A stretch of DNA of 62,941 bases, counting the filler, from Octopus bimaculoides (lineage: Eukaryota), in the NCBI RefSeq assembly GCF_001194135.2. It is 6 parts of 6 records of this genome, joined end to end, with 100 filler letters (N's around TTAATTAATTAA, not from the genome) between each part and the next. Parts side by side here need not be neighbours in the genome. Positions count along the whole stretch, not along the records: positions 1 to 27,924 come from NC_068985.1; positions 28,025 to 41,946 come from NC_068989.1; 4 more parts are not named here. The stretch is one strand, 5' to 3'. Below, one piece after another: positions 27,683 to 40,704 of the stretch. The position numbers and the translations under genes are program-made. The notes under the pieces were generated by a model that was not told the origin of the DNA, searched no databases, and worked only from the letters and a program-made list of their open reading frames with translations. Positions within the stretch are counted from its first letter, which is position 1. Each line of letters starts with the position of its first letter.

Positions 27683-27924
27683 CAGTAGTTTTATTTTTAT
27701 AACGTGCTTTCACTTCACTACCGAGCGCAGCTCTGTGCGCCTTGGGTATGTGCTGTGGTTTGCTGTGGTGCTCTTATGTTTACTGTATTGAAAGTGTTTT
27801 GCGTAGAATGTGTGCAGTACCCAGTAGTGCAATTTTCTGTATGTTATATATATTTGTAAGTCCTGGTGTTTTTGTTATGTATTTGTCTGAATATTTTTTT
27901 ATTATACCTAAGGCAACTACTATG
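27683..27924 (-). mobile_element. Extreme 3' end of another Dong/R4-like LINE, cut by spacer
   Basis: Minus strand IVVALGIIKKYSDKYITKTPGLTNIYNIQKIALLGTAHILRKTLSIQ*; abuts a (TAA)n array. Confidence 0.85.
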
Positions 27925-28024
27925 NNNNNNNNNNNNNNNNNNNNNNNNNNNNNNNNNNNNNNNNNNNNTTAATTAATTAANNNNNNNNNNNNNNNNNNNN
28001 NNNNNNNNNNNNNNNNNNNNNNNN
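27925..28024. other. Artificial assembly spacer (44N-TTAATTAATTAA-44N)
   Basis: Exactly 100 bp; the palindromic 12-mer gives stops in all six frames; identical structure occurs five times. Confidence 0.95.
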
Positions 28025-28366
28025 TGTGGTGCATAAATTGTCAAGTAAATGAGACGCATTTTTGCCTCCACTGATTCACTTGCAAAGTGTTGAGTAAAAT
28101 TATTTCGTTGCAGACCTCCTTTGGGTCTTTTTATTATCACTACGACACACATAGTCCCCAGTTGGTAACATTGATTTCAAGGCCCTCCTAGATGAGAGAC
28201 TGGCATTCCACTTAATGTCTATGTTCCATGCTGGCATGGATTGGAGAGTTATTAATGTAGAAGTATGGTATCGTACCTACTAACAGTTGAGGGTTGCATA
28301 GTCTAGACAGCGTTTTTAGATTTCATTATTCTCTTTAACCCGGGCAAAGCCGGGTATTTCTGCTAG
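28025..28366 (+). mobile_element. Helitron-like 3' terminus
   Basis: GC hairpin acccgg-gcaaag-ccgggt (28338-28355), then CTAG (28363-28366) followed by T. The internal extent is assumed. Confidence 0.65.
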
Positions 28367-28539
28367 TATTTAATAATTGAATATTATATTTATATCTAAT
28401 TTCACTAACTTACTCCTTCCTACTGTATAATGGTATCAATTATTATTTTGAAGTTTTAAAACTGTCTATATACAGGTTGTCTAGTTTCTGTTACTTGTGA
28501 AATACCAACCAAATACAGAGAGTCTCTACATGGTTATCT

Positions 28540-28692
28540 TATCTGCTAGAAACAACAGCTAAAATTTTCTCAAATCAAACTCTATCATATTGAAAACTAG
28601 ATTCATTGTGTAAAGTAGTCACAGATGGTCACTGCTGGAATACTTTTGATCATATATCTTCTCAGTTAGTTGACCTGGGGTTAAACAAGAAC
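28540..28692 (+). repeat. Interspersed repeat fragment related to 50605-50770
   Basis: tgctagaaacaacagctaaaattttctcaaatca vs tgctagaaatagcatccaaatctccctaaaatca; similar 3' ends (ttgacctggggttaaacaag / ttgaccgcagctaagaaacag). Confidence 0.55.
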
Positions 28693-29637
28693 GGAAAGTT
28701 TGATATATATAACCAATGTGAATTGATTGTTTTCTTAATGATAGACGTCTTTAATGTCAAACATGAAATACATGTAAAAATAATGTTATCGACTAATTGC
28801 TTTTGTTTATTTTCATATATTTATTTCTAGTTAGTTAGCCTTCTATTTATAGATTTCTTAATACTAACATATGGTTTTTCATTGGATGGCTTTTGTGAAT
28901 CGATCTCTAAAGCATTCTTTTTTCTTACACCAATAAATGTGTAGTTTTGTATCTTTATTATTCACTATTTTAGCAAGTATGATAATAAGACCAAAACATA
29001 AATGGAATTGTTGCATGTACTAGACAGGAAAATGAAAATTTTAGAGATATTTTTTATTTGTTAATGTATTCTATCAGAATAGATTGTTCCAGAATTTGGC
29101 ACGAATTAAGAATTTTTAATAAAAAATTAAGAATTGGTAGGAATTAAGAAATATATAGGAATAACAGAACACCAATTTTTGTATGAATTGTACTTTATTG
29201 AAAATTGTTTTTGAAGGTCTATTTTATATATTTTTCATATAGAATAGACATAGGAATTAATCCTTGTCATCCCCTTGTTCATGGAAAGATTTTATGTGAA
29301 CTATAAGAGAAGTAAATAATTGTTTAGGATTCAGTGCTCTCAATCATTTAAACACTGAATTCACTCTCTTTAGCTAGGTAGTTGAGAGTTAAGTGTATTT
29401 CCAATTACAAGAAGCTTTGGTTGTTTTTTTTACCAATTTCTTCAATTCACTTGAGATAATGTTGTTCAAAAGCGTATTTGTATCTACAGTAAATTCAAAG
29501 ATATACAATATCTAAATGAAATCAAAAGGAAAGGAAGGAAGAAGAAAAAAACAGGATTAAGCTACAAAATTCTTATATTCTCTCAATTTCCTGTAATTTG
29601 GACTGTCTCATGGCTCCAGCAGACAAAATGGAAAAGG

Positions 29638-31973
29638 TGTAGTGGTGTAGTTGGTTGATGTTAGGTGAAATTGTTGAATAAACATTACAACACTACATTG
29701 ATCCAATTAAAATACATTTATTCCATCAAAGCATTGCTTATAAAATGTATAGTTGTCAGAGTGAAAGAATGAGATGGAGAAAAGGATGTGTGGACAATTC
29801 TATGTTTGCAATCCTTAACGTATTCAAAATATTACTGAAATAAACTGAGAAGAACTAACAATGAGAAGATCATCAATATAGGCGAAAGCGAAATGTTGGA
29901 AAGTGCTAGAAGCATTTCTCCGACCAAATGGCATTGTCAGGAATTTGAATGATCCAAAAGGCAGTTTTGGGAATGTTAGCCAGGTTGACTGGAGTTTGGT
30001 GATACGCTCAAATGAAGTTTATCTTTGAAAAAATGGTGCAGCCATGCAGAGAAGATGTAAAATCATGCAGATGAGGGATAGGGTATTGATTAGGGACTTT
30101 TAAACCATTGAGGTGTTGAAAATCTTCTGCTGGTCTCCAGTCCCCTGATTTCTTCATCACCATTTGCAGGGGTGAGGCCCAAGAATTGTTTGATGGATGA
30201 ATTATTCCGAGCTGAAGCATGTGACTGAACTCAGCCATAGCTACTGCAAGTTTGTCTGGAGGTAGACACTTAGGATATGCAAAAACTGGAGATCCTTTGG
30301 TCATTATGTGATGAAAAGTAGTCTGGGTAGCAGCATTAACTGCGAAAGTTAATTTTGTTAAATCAGGAAATGACTGAAGTAAAGCATGATATCTGACTGA
30401 AGTGGCTGCAATAAAAATATAGTGGACTGACAGAAGCACAATTGACATGTTGTCCGGAAGTGTAGAAGTGAGTGCTACTATCAATCAGTCTTTTCCTCTT
30501 GATGTTGACCATCAATAAAAAAAAAAATGGAGAAAATCTGCTCCTAAAATTGGATAGGGGAGATCTATAATTATAAACATCCACTGGGAAGCTATGTCTG
30601 AGATTCAGATCCAGTGTTGGGGAAATTTCTCCGTAAGTTTTGATTGGTAAGCAGTTGACAGCTTGCAGGGTGATGTCTGAATTGAAGTTTTCCTTCTGCA
30701 AATTTTGATGGCCAAATGCTGCAGGATGCCCCAGAATCTATCAGGAATTCCTTCTTTGATGCTAAGTCTAATCTAAAAGATGTGTGACTAGAGGAAACAG
30801 TGTCAGGAACTGCGGTCATGCTCGGGAGCTGGACTTTTTAGTTTTCCTGGTGTTTAAATGAACAAGGTGGCATGCATTTGACAGCTGCCAAACCAAATTT
30901 GCAATGGTACCAGCAGAAAGGTCTCGACTGGGAGCTATGGGAATGGGAATGTGGACGATAACAAATAAAATGGTGTGGTGACTTGCTTCTGCTCACTCGT
31001 AGGTTGCGAACCTCAGCAACTAGGCTGTCTATAGCCTTCTGTGTGGTTTGGCAAAATTGCTGAAAATCAGACATAATGGAAGCAACTGGTGTAGATGAGA
31101 TGTGACGATCTGAAATGGTTGTTGTAAATTCCATTATATTATCAGTAGCAATCTGATCTACAGTGCAGACATCACAAATTGGCATGATAGCTTGAAGATT
31201 GTTTGGTAGATGAGAAAAAGTTGCTTGAGCATCTTGCTGTCAGCTGAGCTACCTTTCATGAGACATCACATATGATGCAGGAGCTGTGATAGAGTGCTGT
31301 CTCCCAAGTGCTCATCATGTAGGAGTTTGTGGAACCTCTTCTCAGCAGAGAGAGAAGTTTCCATCTCCATAGATGAATAGGTTGCGTCTGCTGGCGGAGT
31401 TGTTATCAGGTCTCATAATTCGCCTGTTAATGATGATAGTAACGAGCTTAGTCGAATATATAATTGTTGCTGCTCCGAATTGTACCTATTAGTGGTGAAG
31501 AATGCTTCTAGTTGAGCAAACCAGACTGAAATGTCATCTGTGAGAATTGGCATTGAAGGTTGATTCATGGTAGCTATGGTGGTTGCACTGGAGGAGAATG
31601 CAACATGATGCAGATCTGTAGAAATGGTTAGTGATCTAATGATGTGGTTGGTGGAGACATCAAAATTAGCAATTATGTAGTGATTGTTACGTCGGAGCTA
31701 TGAGTATGTTATGGTTGCTGTTTCCTCAGGAAGCTGTAATTCTTTATGTCGTGGGTCACCAGTATGTAGTGGTGTAGTTGGTTGATGTTAGGTGAAATTG
31801 TTGAATAATCATTACAACACTACATTGATCAAATTAAAATACACTTATTCCATCAAAGCATTGCTTATAAAATGTATAGTTGTCGGAGTGAAAGAATGAG
31901 ATGGAGAAAAGGATGTGTGGACAATTCTACATTTGCAATCCTTAAAGTATTCAAAATATTACTGAAATAAACT
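29638..31973 (-). mobile_element. Internally deleted Gypsy/Ty3 LTR retrotransposon, CsRn1-like
   Basis: 209-bp direct repeats 29638-29846 and 31765-31973 (7 mismatches by hand count), ending CA on the minus strand. PBS TGGTGACCCACGAC (31761-31748). Gag with WFAQLEAFF and CWYHCKFGLAAVKCMPPC; protease FLIDSGAS; RT ..WSIPSP/WRPAEDF..YPIPHL..FSKI..MPFG..AYIDDLL joined directly to the LTR. Confidence 0.92.
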
Positions 31974-33119
31974 ACTTTAACGGGTGACGATAGCCTTCTG
32001 TTTATAGCTCCCTAATTCAGTTAACTAAGACATCTCTCAGTTGAAAGTTTGGTAGAGGAAGCAGACAAATTGATATTATAGCAGCAGTGACTAATTGTCT
32101 CATTTGTCAGCAATCTGTTGGAGAAATATTAGCTAGCAGTAATTTTTGGTGGTAAAGGAAAGATATAGTTGGCGTGTGTGCAGTCAGTATTAAAGCAAAG
32201 TTCTGCTAATCTCTGTAATCTCTGTGTGTGTGTAACAGTGACAAAGATAAGATGTCTTAGGGCATTTAGAGCCGATCTGAGGCAATGTGACTGCATTCAT
32301 CATGTGTCGAACTCTGTGTCGTAAGGCTAAAATGGCTTGTATATATAGGAAAACTGATCAGCTATGCAAAGAGCTATATTGTATTATCTATGTGAGAACA
32401 ATGGCAAGGTAATCTATGGGGTGGGGGTTGTTATTTCAGGTGAATCTACTCTAGTGGAGACAGAGGTCAAGTGGCGAAAACATTAACCAACTAAGGATAG
32501 CCATTGTTTTAGTTGTCAGTGTGTGTGGTCTTATTGTTCTTAACTAAAATCAATAGCATTACCTAGCTAGGAGGAAAACTAGTGATTTGGTTTCAGATCT
32601 AATGCTAGCTGGTCTGCAAATGAAAATGTATTCCATGCAACCATTACAAAGGCATTGCCCCAGATGATGGTAAGGGAAATGCACTGGAACAACCACTCTG
32701 ACTCACTCTGACTATTGCACTTGCAGATAGCCAGCACCTCATTGATTTGGTCAACAATATTATCAACCTATAGAAAGATACATAGGGTTGCTCATGGGTG
32801 AATTTAGCTAACACCAAATACTGGATGAAAAAGAAGTTAATAATTATTCACAAAGATAGTTAACAGAAACCATTCTATTGCTAACACTGAAAAAGAATAC
32901 CTGTTTATATTTTCATTTGTTTATTCTTACTCCTGTATAAGTTATTTAGGCTGTCACTTAGGTATTTAAGTTATCTAGATGGATGAAGGAGGCTAGTTGA
33001 AGAACATTCTTTATAAGTATATGAAATACCTAATTTTTCAAAAGTTCCTTGTGAGTTCCAACATTTACTTATCTGTATACAAGCACTGACGCGCACACAC
33101 ACACACACACACACATACA

Positions 33120-33665
33120 CATTCCTCTCTCTCTTGCTCACTTGCTCTCTCTGCCCTTCCTTCCTACCTTCCTTCCTTCCTTCCTCCCTCCCTTCATCCC
33201 TTCCCTCCCTCCTTCTCATTCTTTCTCTTCCTTCCTTTCTTTCTCTTTCTTTCTCATCCTTCCTTCCTTTCTTTCTCTTNNNNNNNNNNNNNNNNNNNNN
33301 NNNNNNNNNNNNNNNNNNNNNNNNNNNNNNNNNNNNNNNNNNNNNNNNNNNNNNNNNNNNNNNNNNNNNNNNNNNNNNNNNNNNNNNNNNNNNNNNNNNN
33401 NNNNNNNNNNNNNNNNNNNNNNNNNNNNNNNNNNNNNNNNNNNNNNNNNNNNNNNNNNNNNNNNNNNNNNNNNNNNNNNNNNNNNNNNNNNNNNNNNNNN
33501 NNNNNNNNNNNNNNNNNNNNNNNNNNNNNNNNNNNNNNNNNNNNNNNNNNNNNNNNNNNNNNNNNNNNNNNNNNNNNNNNNNNNNNNNNNCTTTCTTTCT
33601 TTCTTTCTTTCTTTCTTTTTTTCTTTCTTTCTTTCTTTCTTTCTTTCTGTCTTTCTTTCTTTCTG

Positions 33666-33721
<56 letters not shown>

Positions 33722-33895
33722 TTTTTCTTTCTTTTTTTCTTTCTTTCTTTTTTTCTTTCTTTTTTTCTTTTTTCTTTTTTTCTTTTTTCTTTTTTCTTTT
33801 TTTCTTTCTTTTTTTCTTTCTTTCTTTTTTCTTTCTTTCTTTCTTTCTTTCTTTTTTTCTTTTTTTCTTTCTTTCTTTCTTTCTTTCTTTCTTTT
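33120..33895. repeat. (CCTT)/(CTTT)n polypyrimidine array with N gap
   Basis: Direct inspection. Confidence 0.95.
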
Positions 33896-36079
33896 GCAGG
33901 GTGTAAATAATTTAAATAACCAAGTATGCTACTTATTACTGGTGCTTATTTTGCCAAGTTGGAAAGTTTGAAAATAAAGTCAGTTTTGGTGGCTAGGAAA
34001 GTATTTAATGTAGTGTGTGCTATCTTTTTCTTTCTGCTTGAGCTGATATATATTATGAAGATAACTGATTAAGCTCACAGAAGCACATCATAAAGCATGC
34101 ATAGTATTTAGCTATAAATAATTACAGTTAAGGGGATGTTATTATATTTAATGTAAAAAACTATGACATTTTAATTAGAATTACATCTGTATTTATAAGG
34201 GAAGAAAATCATTATGCTAATGGTTATTCTGGCCAAGAAGATGAGAGAACTTCAGAATTTAAATTTATTAGATTCACTGGGAGAGTGAATCTGACCTTTT
34301 GCAGTATAGTGACAACTTTGGGTATGTTTCAACCTTATTAAACCATAACAAAAAAGCATATTTAACTCTTTGCTGCTAGATCTTAATGACTAGAAAGATG
34401 TAAGTTTTAGTTATTAATTATTAAGTGGAGTGATGATTTAAAGGAAGAGCTGGGAGAAAAATATCTTGAACTCCACTTGTGTGAAAATCTTGTATTTTCT
34501 CATCATTTTCAGATCTGGTAGTAACAGGCCATGCTTTTTTGATACGGTCTACTAAGATCAAAATAGAGGTGTTGCTGAACTGTCAAAGACCAGACCACTC
34601 ATTCTATTTTTAGTTAATAATTTTTGATAGAGATTAATTAAAATACTGAATTTTTTCCTCATTGCTTTGATTTTAATAGAAATATCTTGGCTCACTACAT
34701 TATATTAGCTCCCACTTTATTATTTATTTTTTATGCAGGTAAGTTACTCTATTTCTTTGACTTATGCTGTGGTTTCCATTTAAAGTCAATAGGAAATCTA
34801 TTCAAGGATATTTGGTTGCTCTATTGGTTGGTTCATATGATTACACAGCTCTTTCACTAGCTTATTGATGCTGATGTTGTTGGTAGTAATGTATTTGATA
34901 CTTCTCCAGAGTCGTCTTCCTCTTGACATCTCCCATATTCTAAGGATGATAGATAGCATTCATAACTTGTCTCTGTGTAAAAGGTATTGTCTTTACTGGC
35001 AAGTTTTTGTATGCTCTTCATAACTTAATTTAATATTCTCTTATACTGAATCATTTCTGAGTTTGTACAATTTTAAGAAAACTGTTAATTTTTAAATCAT
35101 TATCTGCAGTTTTGACTTTGTGAACTTTTTTTTTTAATAAAGCAGCATAGACAACTCTGAAATCTTAGTTTACATGCAACTGAGATTTTACAATCATTAA
35201 ATTTTCTATGAGTGATGCTAAAGTAGATTAAATTTTGAGATAGAACCACATAATTTATCATCTAAAAATCAGCAAATACCTAACTTCACAAAAATCCTGT
35301 TGGCCTATTTCTCAACATTAGGAGCAAGCAGGTTTTAAATTTATCAGTGGGTACAAAGTTATGTTAACTTTATCTCTCTTTAGTTATCAACCTGGTAAAT
35401 TTTTTAATAGCTCCTAGATTTTTGAATTTTAACAAAATTCCTAAATTAAGCAACAGCTGAGTAAACTTTTTAAAAGAGATAAGATTTGTAGTTTCCTTGG
35501 TCCATCAAAATCACATTGAAAGAAATGGAGCATGAAATTGATGCTCAATTTCTTTTACTGTGGTTTTGATAATTTTGCAAGTTTTGGCTGTAATTAAAGA
35601 GAAAATCTAATGTTTGTATTAATAATTCAAAGTTTATAGATAGGCTTAATTCATAATTCTATGTTTAAGTCATCACTTATAGATAATCACCAAACTTCAT
35701 CAGTATTTTTTCTCTTTTCCTTATTAATTTGTTTTTGGAAAAGACCAATATATTGTTACAATTTCAGTTTGCATTTGTGAAAATCATTTTACATTTTATT
35801 TCCTAGAAATTATCATGTGGGTAACCTTGCCATTTTTATTATTATGAAGCCAACACTTGAGCAGATCATATTAAATTGTTATGCTACTGATCTAGGCCAG
35901 TGGATTTAATGCTTACTTATTTGGTAACAGCAACTACAGAAGAACTGCCACGCTTTTTAAAAATATTTCCAAGAAATATTTTCAGTATCTACAGTTTTTA
36001 GCAGACATGAGTGAAAAAACACATGAGATATGGGTTTAAATTTTACTAGTCATTCATTCTGTTGTACCTGTTTGCTTCG

Positions 36080-36310
36080 TTCAAAAGGCTTTGGTTGGCT
36101 TGAGGCTATCATAGAAGACACTTGCCCAAGGTATTGTGTTGTGAAATTGAATCTGAAACCACGTGGTTGGGAAGCAAGTTTCTCAATCACAGTTATACCT
36201 GTCTATGCATGTGTATGCACGCACACGTACACACACACACACACATCAGGCTTCTTTTAGTTTTCATCTACTAATCCACTCAAAGTTGTCTTTGGTTTAG
36301 GTCTATAGTA
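36080..36310 (-). mobile_element. Two degenerate CORE-like SINE head fragments
   Basis: aaggctttggttggcttgaggctatcatagaagacacttgcccaag and ggcttcttttagttttcatctactaatccactca match the family head. Confidence 0.7.
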
Positions 36311-36449
36311 TTTTGATGTATAATTAGTTTATTACTATGTATGTATGTATGTGCGTACGTAGATATATGCATACATAGATATGTATGTATATGCTTATTG
36401 ATATATATATATGTATTTATTTGTGTATGTACTTACACGTGTGTGTGTA

Positions 36450-36533
36450 TACGAAGGGGTGCTGAAAAGTTCCTAGCTTTGGGTAAAAGAAAATGCAGGA
36501 GGATCAGTTAATTATGATTTTATTCAACATACT
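36450..36533 (+). mobile_element. Mariner-type terminal inverted repeat fragment / MITE end
   Basis: TA|CGAAGGGGTGCTGAAAAGTTCCTAGC resembles a mariner TIR after a TA target; the partner end was not found. Confidence 0.6.
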
Positions 36534-37849
36534 AGGCTACCCGTGAGCTGTTGAAGCTGATTTCAACATTACATTAAAATGAAAGTTAATTTTATGATGA
36601 TTTAGTTAAATTCAATTTGTTTGTGTCATCATAAGTCTGGTTTACAAGTTATATTTAAGGTTTTATCGATTATTTATCAGGAATGTCTTTCCTGCCCCAC
36701 CTGAAATGTCAATGAAAGACAATGCAGATGTGTTCCTCCCCAAACTGTTAAAAACTATTTACCCTTTGTTGCCACATAACTTCCAGAAAAATAGATACTT
36801 TTTAACGAAATTTTCAGCAAATACCGCTTAGATGCTGTAGATTTAGAGNNNNNNNNNNNNNNNNNNNNNNNNNNNNNNNNNNNNNNNNNNNNNNNNNNNN
36901 NNNNNNNNNNNNNNNNNNNNNNNNNNNNNNNNNNNNNNNNNNNNNNNNNNNNNNNNNNNNNNNNNNNNNNNNNNNNNNNNNNNNNNNNNNNNNNNNNNNN
37001 NNNNNNNNNNNNNNNNNNNNNNNNNNNNNNNNNNNNNNNNNNNNNNNNNNNNNNNNNNNNNNNNNNNNNNNNNNNNNNNNNNNNNNNNNNNNNNNNNNNN
37101 NNNNNNNNNNNNNNNNNNNNNNNNNNNNNNNNNNNNNNNNNNNNNNNNNNNNNNNNNNNNNNNNNNNNNNNNNNNNNNNNNNNNNNNNNNNNNNNNNNNN
37201 NNNNNNNNNNNNNNNNNNNNNNNNNNNNNNNNNNNNNNNNNNNNNNNNNNNNNNNNNNNNNNNNNNNNNNNNNNNNNNNNNNNNNNNNNNNNNNNNNNNN
37301 NNNNNNNNNNNNNNNNNNNNNNNNNNNNNNNNNNNNNCGGTTTTGCTTTTTCGCTTTAAAGGTAAACAATCCTGATAGAAGCAAACATGATATTCAATAA
37401 TATGTTTGTGTTCTTCATTCAGAAAGAATAAAAACTTCATGGGACTTCGTTCATGTGTATCTCCCCCACAAAAAACTTTGTATATTTGGAATCTACATGA
37501 TATAACACATATTTGTAGAAAATTTCATTAAAAAGTATCCATTTTTCTGAAAGTTATGATCATCCAAAGTCGGTGGGATGGAAATCTGTAGTTATGCCTA
37601 GATTTTAAGTGCATTGTGCCCACAAAATTGACCACAATCGCTCCAGAGAAGGGAAGATAAGTTTTTTTTTTTGTCAAACATACTCCAGATCATTTCCAAG
37701 GGCACCATGAAAAGAAATCTGAAAAATATCTGCCAAAACGGAGAAATTCCAACTTGTTGGTGCTTCCTAACTCCGAAGTCTGCCTATATATGTATGTATG
37801 TATCTATGCAAGGGTGCAATTTACAGGCCACTAGCATGGAAGCCAGACA

Positions 37850-38398
37850 GCTGCTCTGGCAATGAATATGCTCAGTGCTGTTAGTGCTCTACTGGCGCAG
37901 GTGCCAGTCATCGAATATGGTTCAATTACGATTTAGATTTCACTTACCCCAACAGGTTTTCACAGTTTAGTGTCCAATGAAGGAGAGGTTGGCATGGATG
38001 CCAGTTGTCAAATTTGGTTCGATTTCAAGGTCTTCACAAGCAGAGTTTAGTGTCCAATGAAGTAAAGATTCGAATAAGTGAGCTGGCTACACTTCTGGCA
38101 GAGGCCACAGATTATGCTCTCAATTGGCTTACCGGGTCTTCTCACATACAGCATATTTCCAAAGGTCCTGGTCACTAGTCATTGCCTCAGTGAGGCCTAA
38201 AGTTTCAAGGTCATGCTTCACCACATCACCCCAGGTCTTCCTGGGTCTACCTCTTCCACAGGTTCCCTCAACTGCTAGGGTGTGGCACTTTTTCACACAG
38301 CTATCCTCACCCGTTCTTGCCACATGTCCATACCAGCGCAATCGTCTCTCTTGCACACCACAACTGGTGCTTCTTAAGTCTAACTTTTCTTTCAAGGT
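37850..38398 (-). mobile_element. RTE-clade LINE 3' end (copy 1), cut by N gap
   Basis: VQERRLRWYGHVAR...GRGRPRKTW.DVVKHDL plus 3'UTR. Confidence 0.9.
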
Positions 38399-39367
38399 NN
38401 NNNNNNNNNNNNNNNNNNNNNNNNNNNNNNNNNNNNNNNNNNNNNNNNNNNNNNNNNNNNNNNNNNNNNNNNNNNNNNNNNNNNNNNNNNNNNNNNNNNN
38501 NNNNNNNNNNNNNNNNNNNNNNNNNNNNNNNNNNNNNNNNNNNNNNNNNNNNNNNNNNNNNNNNNNNNNNNNNNNNNNNNNNNNNNNNNNNNNNNNNNNN
38601 NNNNNNNNNNNNNNNNNNNNNNNNNNNNNNNNNNNNNNNNNNNNNNNNNNNNNNNNNNNNNNNNNNNNNNNNNNNNNNNNNNNNNNNNNNNNNNNNNNNN
38701 NNNNNNNNNNNNNNNNNNNNNNNNNNNNNNNNNNNNNNNNNNNNNNNNNNNNNNNNNNNNNNNNNNNNNNNNNNNNNNNNNNNNNNNNNNNNNNNNNNNN
38801 NNNNNNNNNNNNNNNNNNNNNNNNNNNNNNNNNNNNNNNNNNNNNNNNNNNNNNNNNNNNNNNNNNNNNNNNNNNNNNNNNNNNNNNNNNNNNNNNNNNN
38901 NNNNNNNNNNNNNNNNNNNNNNNNNNNNNNNNNNNNNNNNNNNNNNNNNNNNNNNNNNNNNNNNNNNNNNNNNNNNNNNNNNNNNNNNNNNNNNNNNNNN
39001 NNNNNNNNNNNNNNNNNNNNNNNNNNNNNNNNNNNNNNNNNNNNNNNNNNNNNNNNNNNNNNNNNNNNNNNNNNNNNNNNNNNNNNNNNNNNNNNNNNNN
39101 NNNNNNNNNNNNNNNNNNNNNNNNNNNNNNNNNNNNNNNNNNNNNNNNNNNNNNNNNNNNNNNNNNNNNNNNNNNNNNNNNNNNNNNNNNNNNNNNNNNN
39201 NNNNNNNNNNNNNNNNNNNNNNNNNNNNNNNNNNNNNNNNNNNNNNNNNNNNNNNNNNNNNNNNNNNNNNNNNNNNNNNNNNNNNNNNNNNNNNNNNNNN
39301 NNNNNNNNNNNNNNNNNNNNNNNNNNNNNNNNNNNNNNNNNNNNNNNNNNNNNNNNNNNNNNNNNNN

Positions 39368-40035
39368 ACCGACACAAGTGCCAGAAAATTGACGCTGGTA
39401 GCGATCATGCTCGAACGGTGCTCTTAGCCCTCCACTGGTACAGGTGCCATCACGATGTCGCTTTCGCTTGCCCCAACAGGTCTTCGCAAGCGGAGTTTAG
39501 TGTCCAATGAAGGAAAGGTATGCATATGTGGGCTGGCTACGTCCCTGGCAGAGGCCTTGAATTTTGGTCTCACTTGGCTTGCCGGGTCTTCTCACGCACA
39601 GCATATTTCCAAAGGTCTCAGTCAGAAGTCATTGCCTAGGTGACGCCTAATGTTTGGAGTTCATGCTTCACCACCTCATCCCAGGTCTTCCTGAGCCTGC
39701 CTCTTCCACAGGTTCCCTCAACCGCTAGGGTATGGCACTTTTTGACACAGCTATCCTCATCCATTCTCGCCACGTGACCATACCAGCTCAATCGTCTCTC
39801 TTGCACACCACAACTGATGCTTCTTAGGTTCAACTTTTCTCTCAAGGTACTTACACTCTGTCGAGTATGCACACTGACATTACACATCCATCGGAGCCAT
39901 GTAGCATGGCTATTCATAGACATGCGTCATACAGTCTGCCTTTTACTCTGAGTGAAAGGCCCTTTGTTACCAGCAGAGGTAAGAGCTCTCTAAACTTTGC
40001 CCAGGCTATCCTTATTCTAGCAGCTACACTTTCAG
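39368..40035 (-). mobile_element. RTE-clade LINE 3' end (copy 2)
   Basis: RIRIAWAKFRELLPLL..KGRLYDAC, LRWMCNV, RRLSWYGHVARM, GRGRLRKTW. Clearly diverged from copy 1. Confidence 0.9.
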
Positions 40036-40704
40036 TGCATCCTCCCCGCTACACTTTCAGCGCACGCCCTACCCTTCTACAAAATGTATGCGCTTATAGA
40101 TATCGTTTTTGATTTATCTTTTTGCACCCATTACTCCATAAATAAAAAAAAAATTTCTGTTTTTTTCTTACTTTCACAATTCACTATTACCTTATATCAG
40201 ATAGACAATCTTATTTCTATAATATCACTATAGACTTCTTANNNNNNNNNNNNNNNNNNNNNNNNNNNNNNNNNNNNNNNNNNNNNNNNNNNNNNNNNNN
40301 NNNNNNNNNNNNNNNNNNNNNNNNNNNNNNNNNNNNNNNNNNNNNNNNNNNNNNNNNNNNNNNNNNNNNNNNNNNNNNNNNNNNNNNNNNNNNNNNNNNN
40401 NNNNNNNNNNNNNNNNNNNNNNNNNNNNNNNNNNNNNNNNNNNNNNNNNNNNNNNNNNNNNNNNNNNNNNNNNNNNNNNNNNNNNNNNNNNNNNNNNNNN
40501 NNNNNNNNNNNNNNNNNNNNNNNNNNNNNNNNNNNNNNNNNNNNNNNNNNNNNNNNNNNNNNNNNNNNNNNNNNNNNNNNNNNNNNNNCTTAATTTTTGT
40601 AATATTAACAACTATACTTTTGTTTTTATTTGATTATCTTATATTTAATTCACACAAATGAATATAAGTTTTTACACTTACATAATTTTTTTTCTGGCAT
40701 GTAA

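Noticed and set aside
38110-39860. Two RTE ends as an assembly duplication
   Set aside because: They differ at many scattered positions, so they are independent or old copies.
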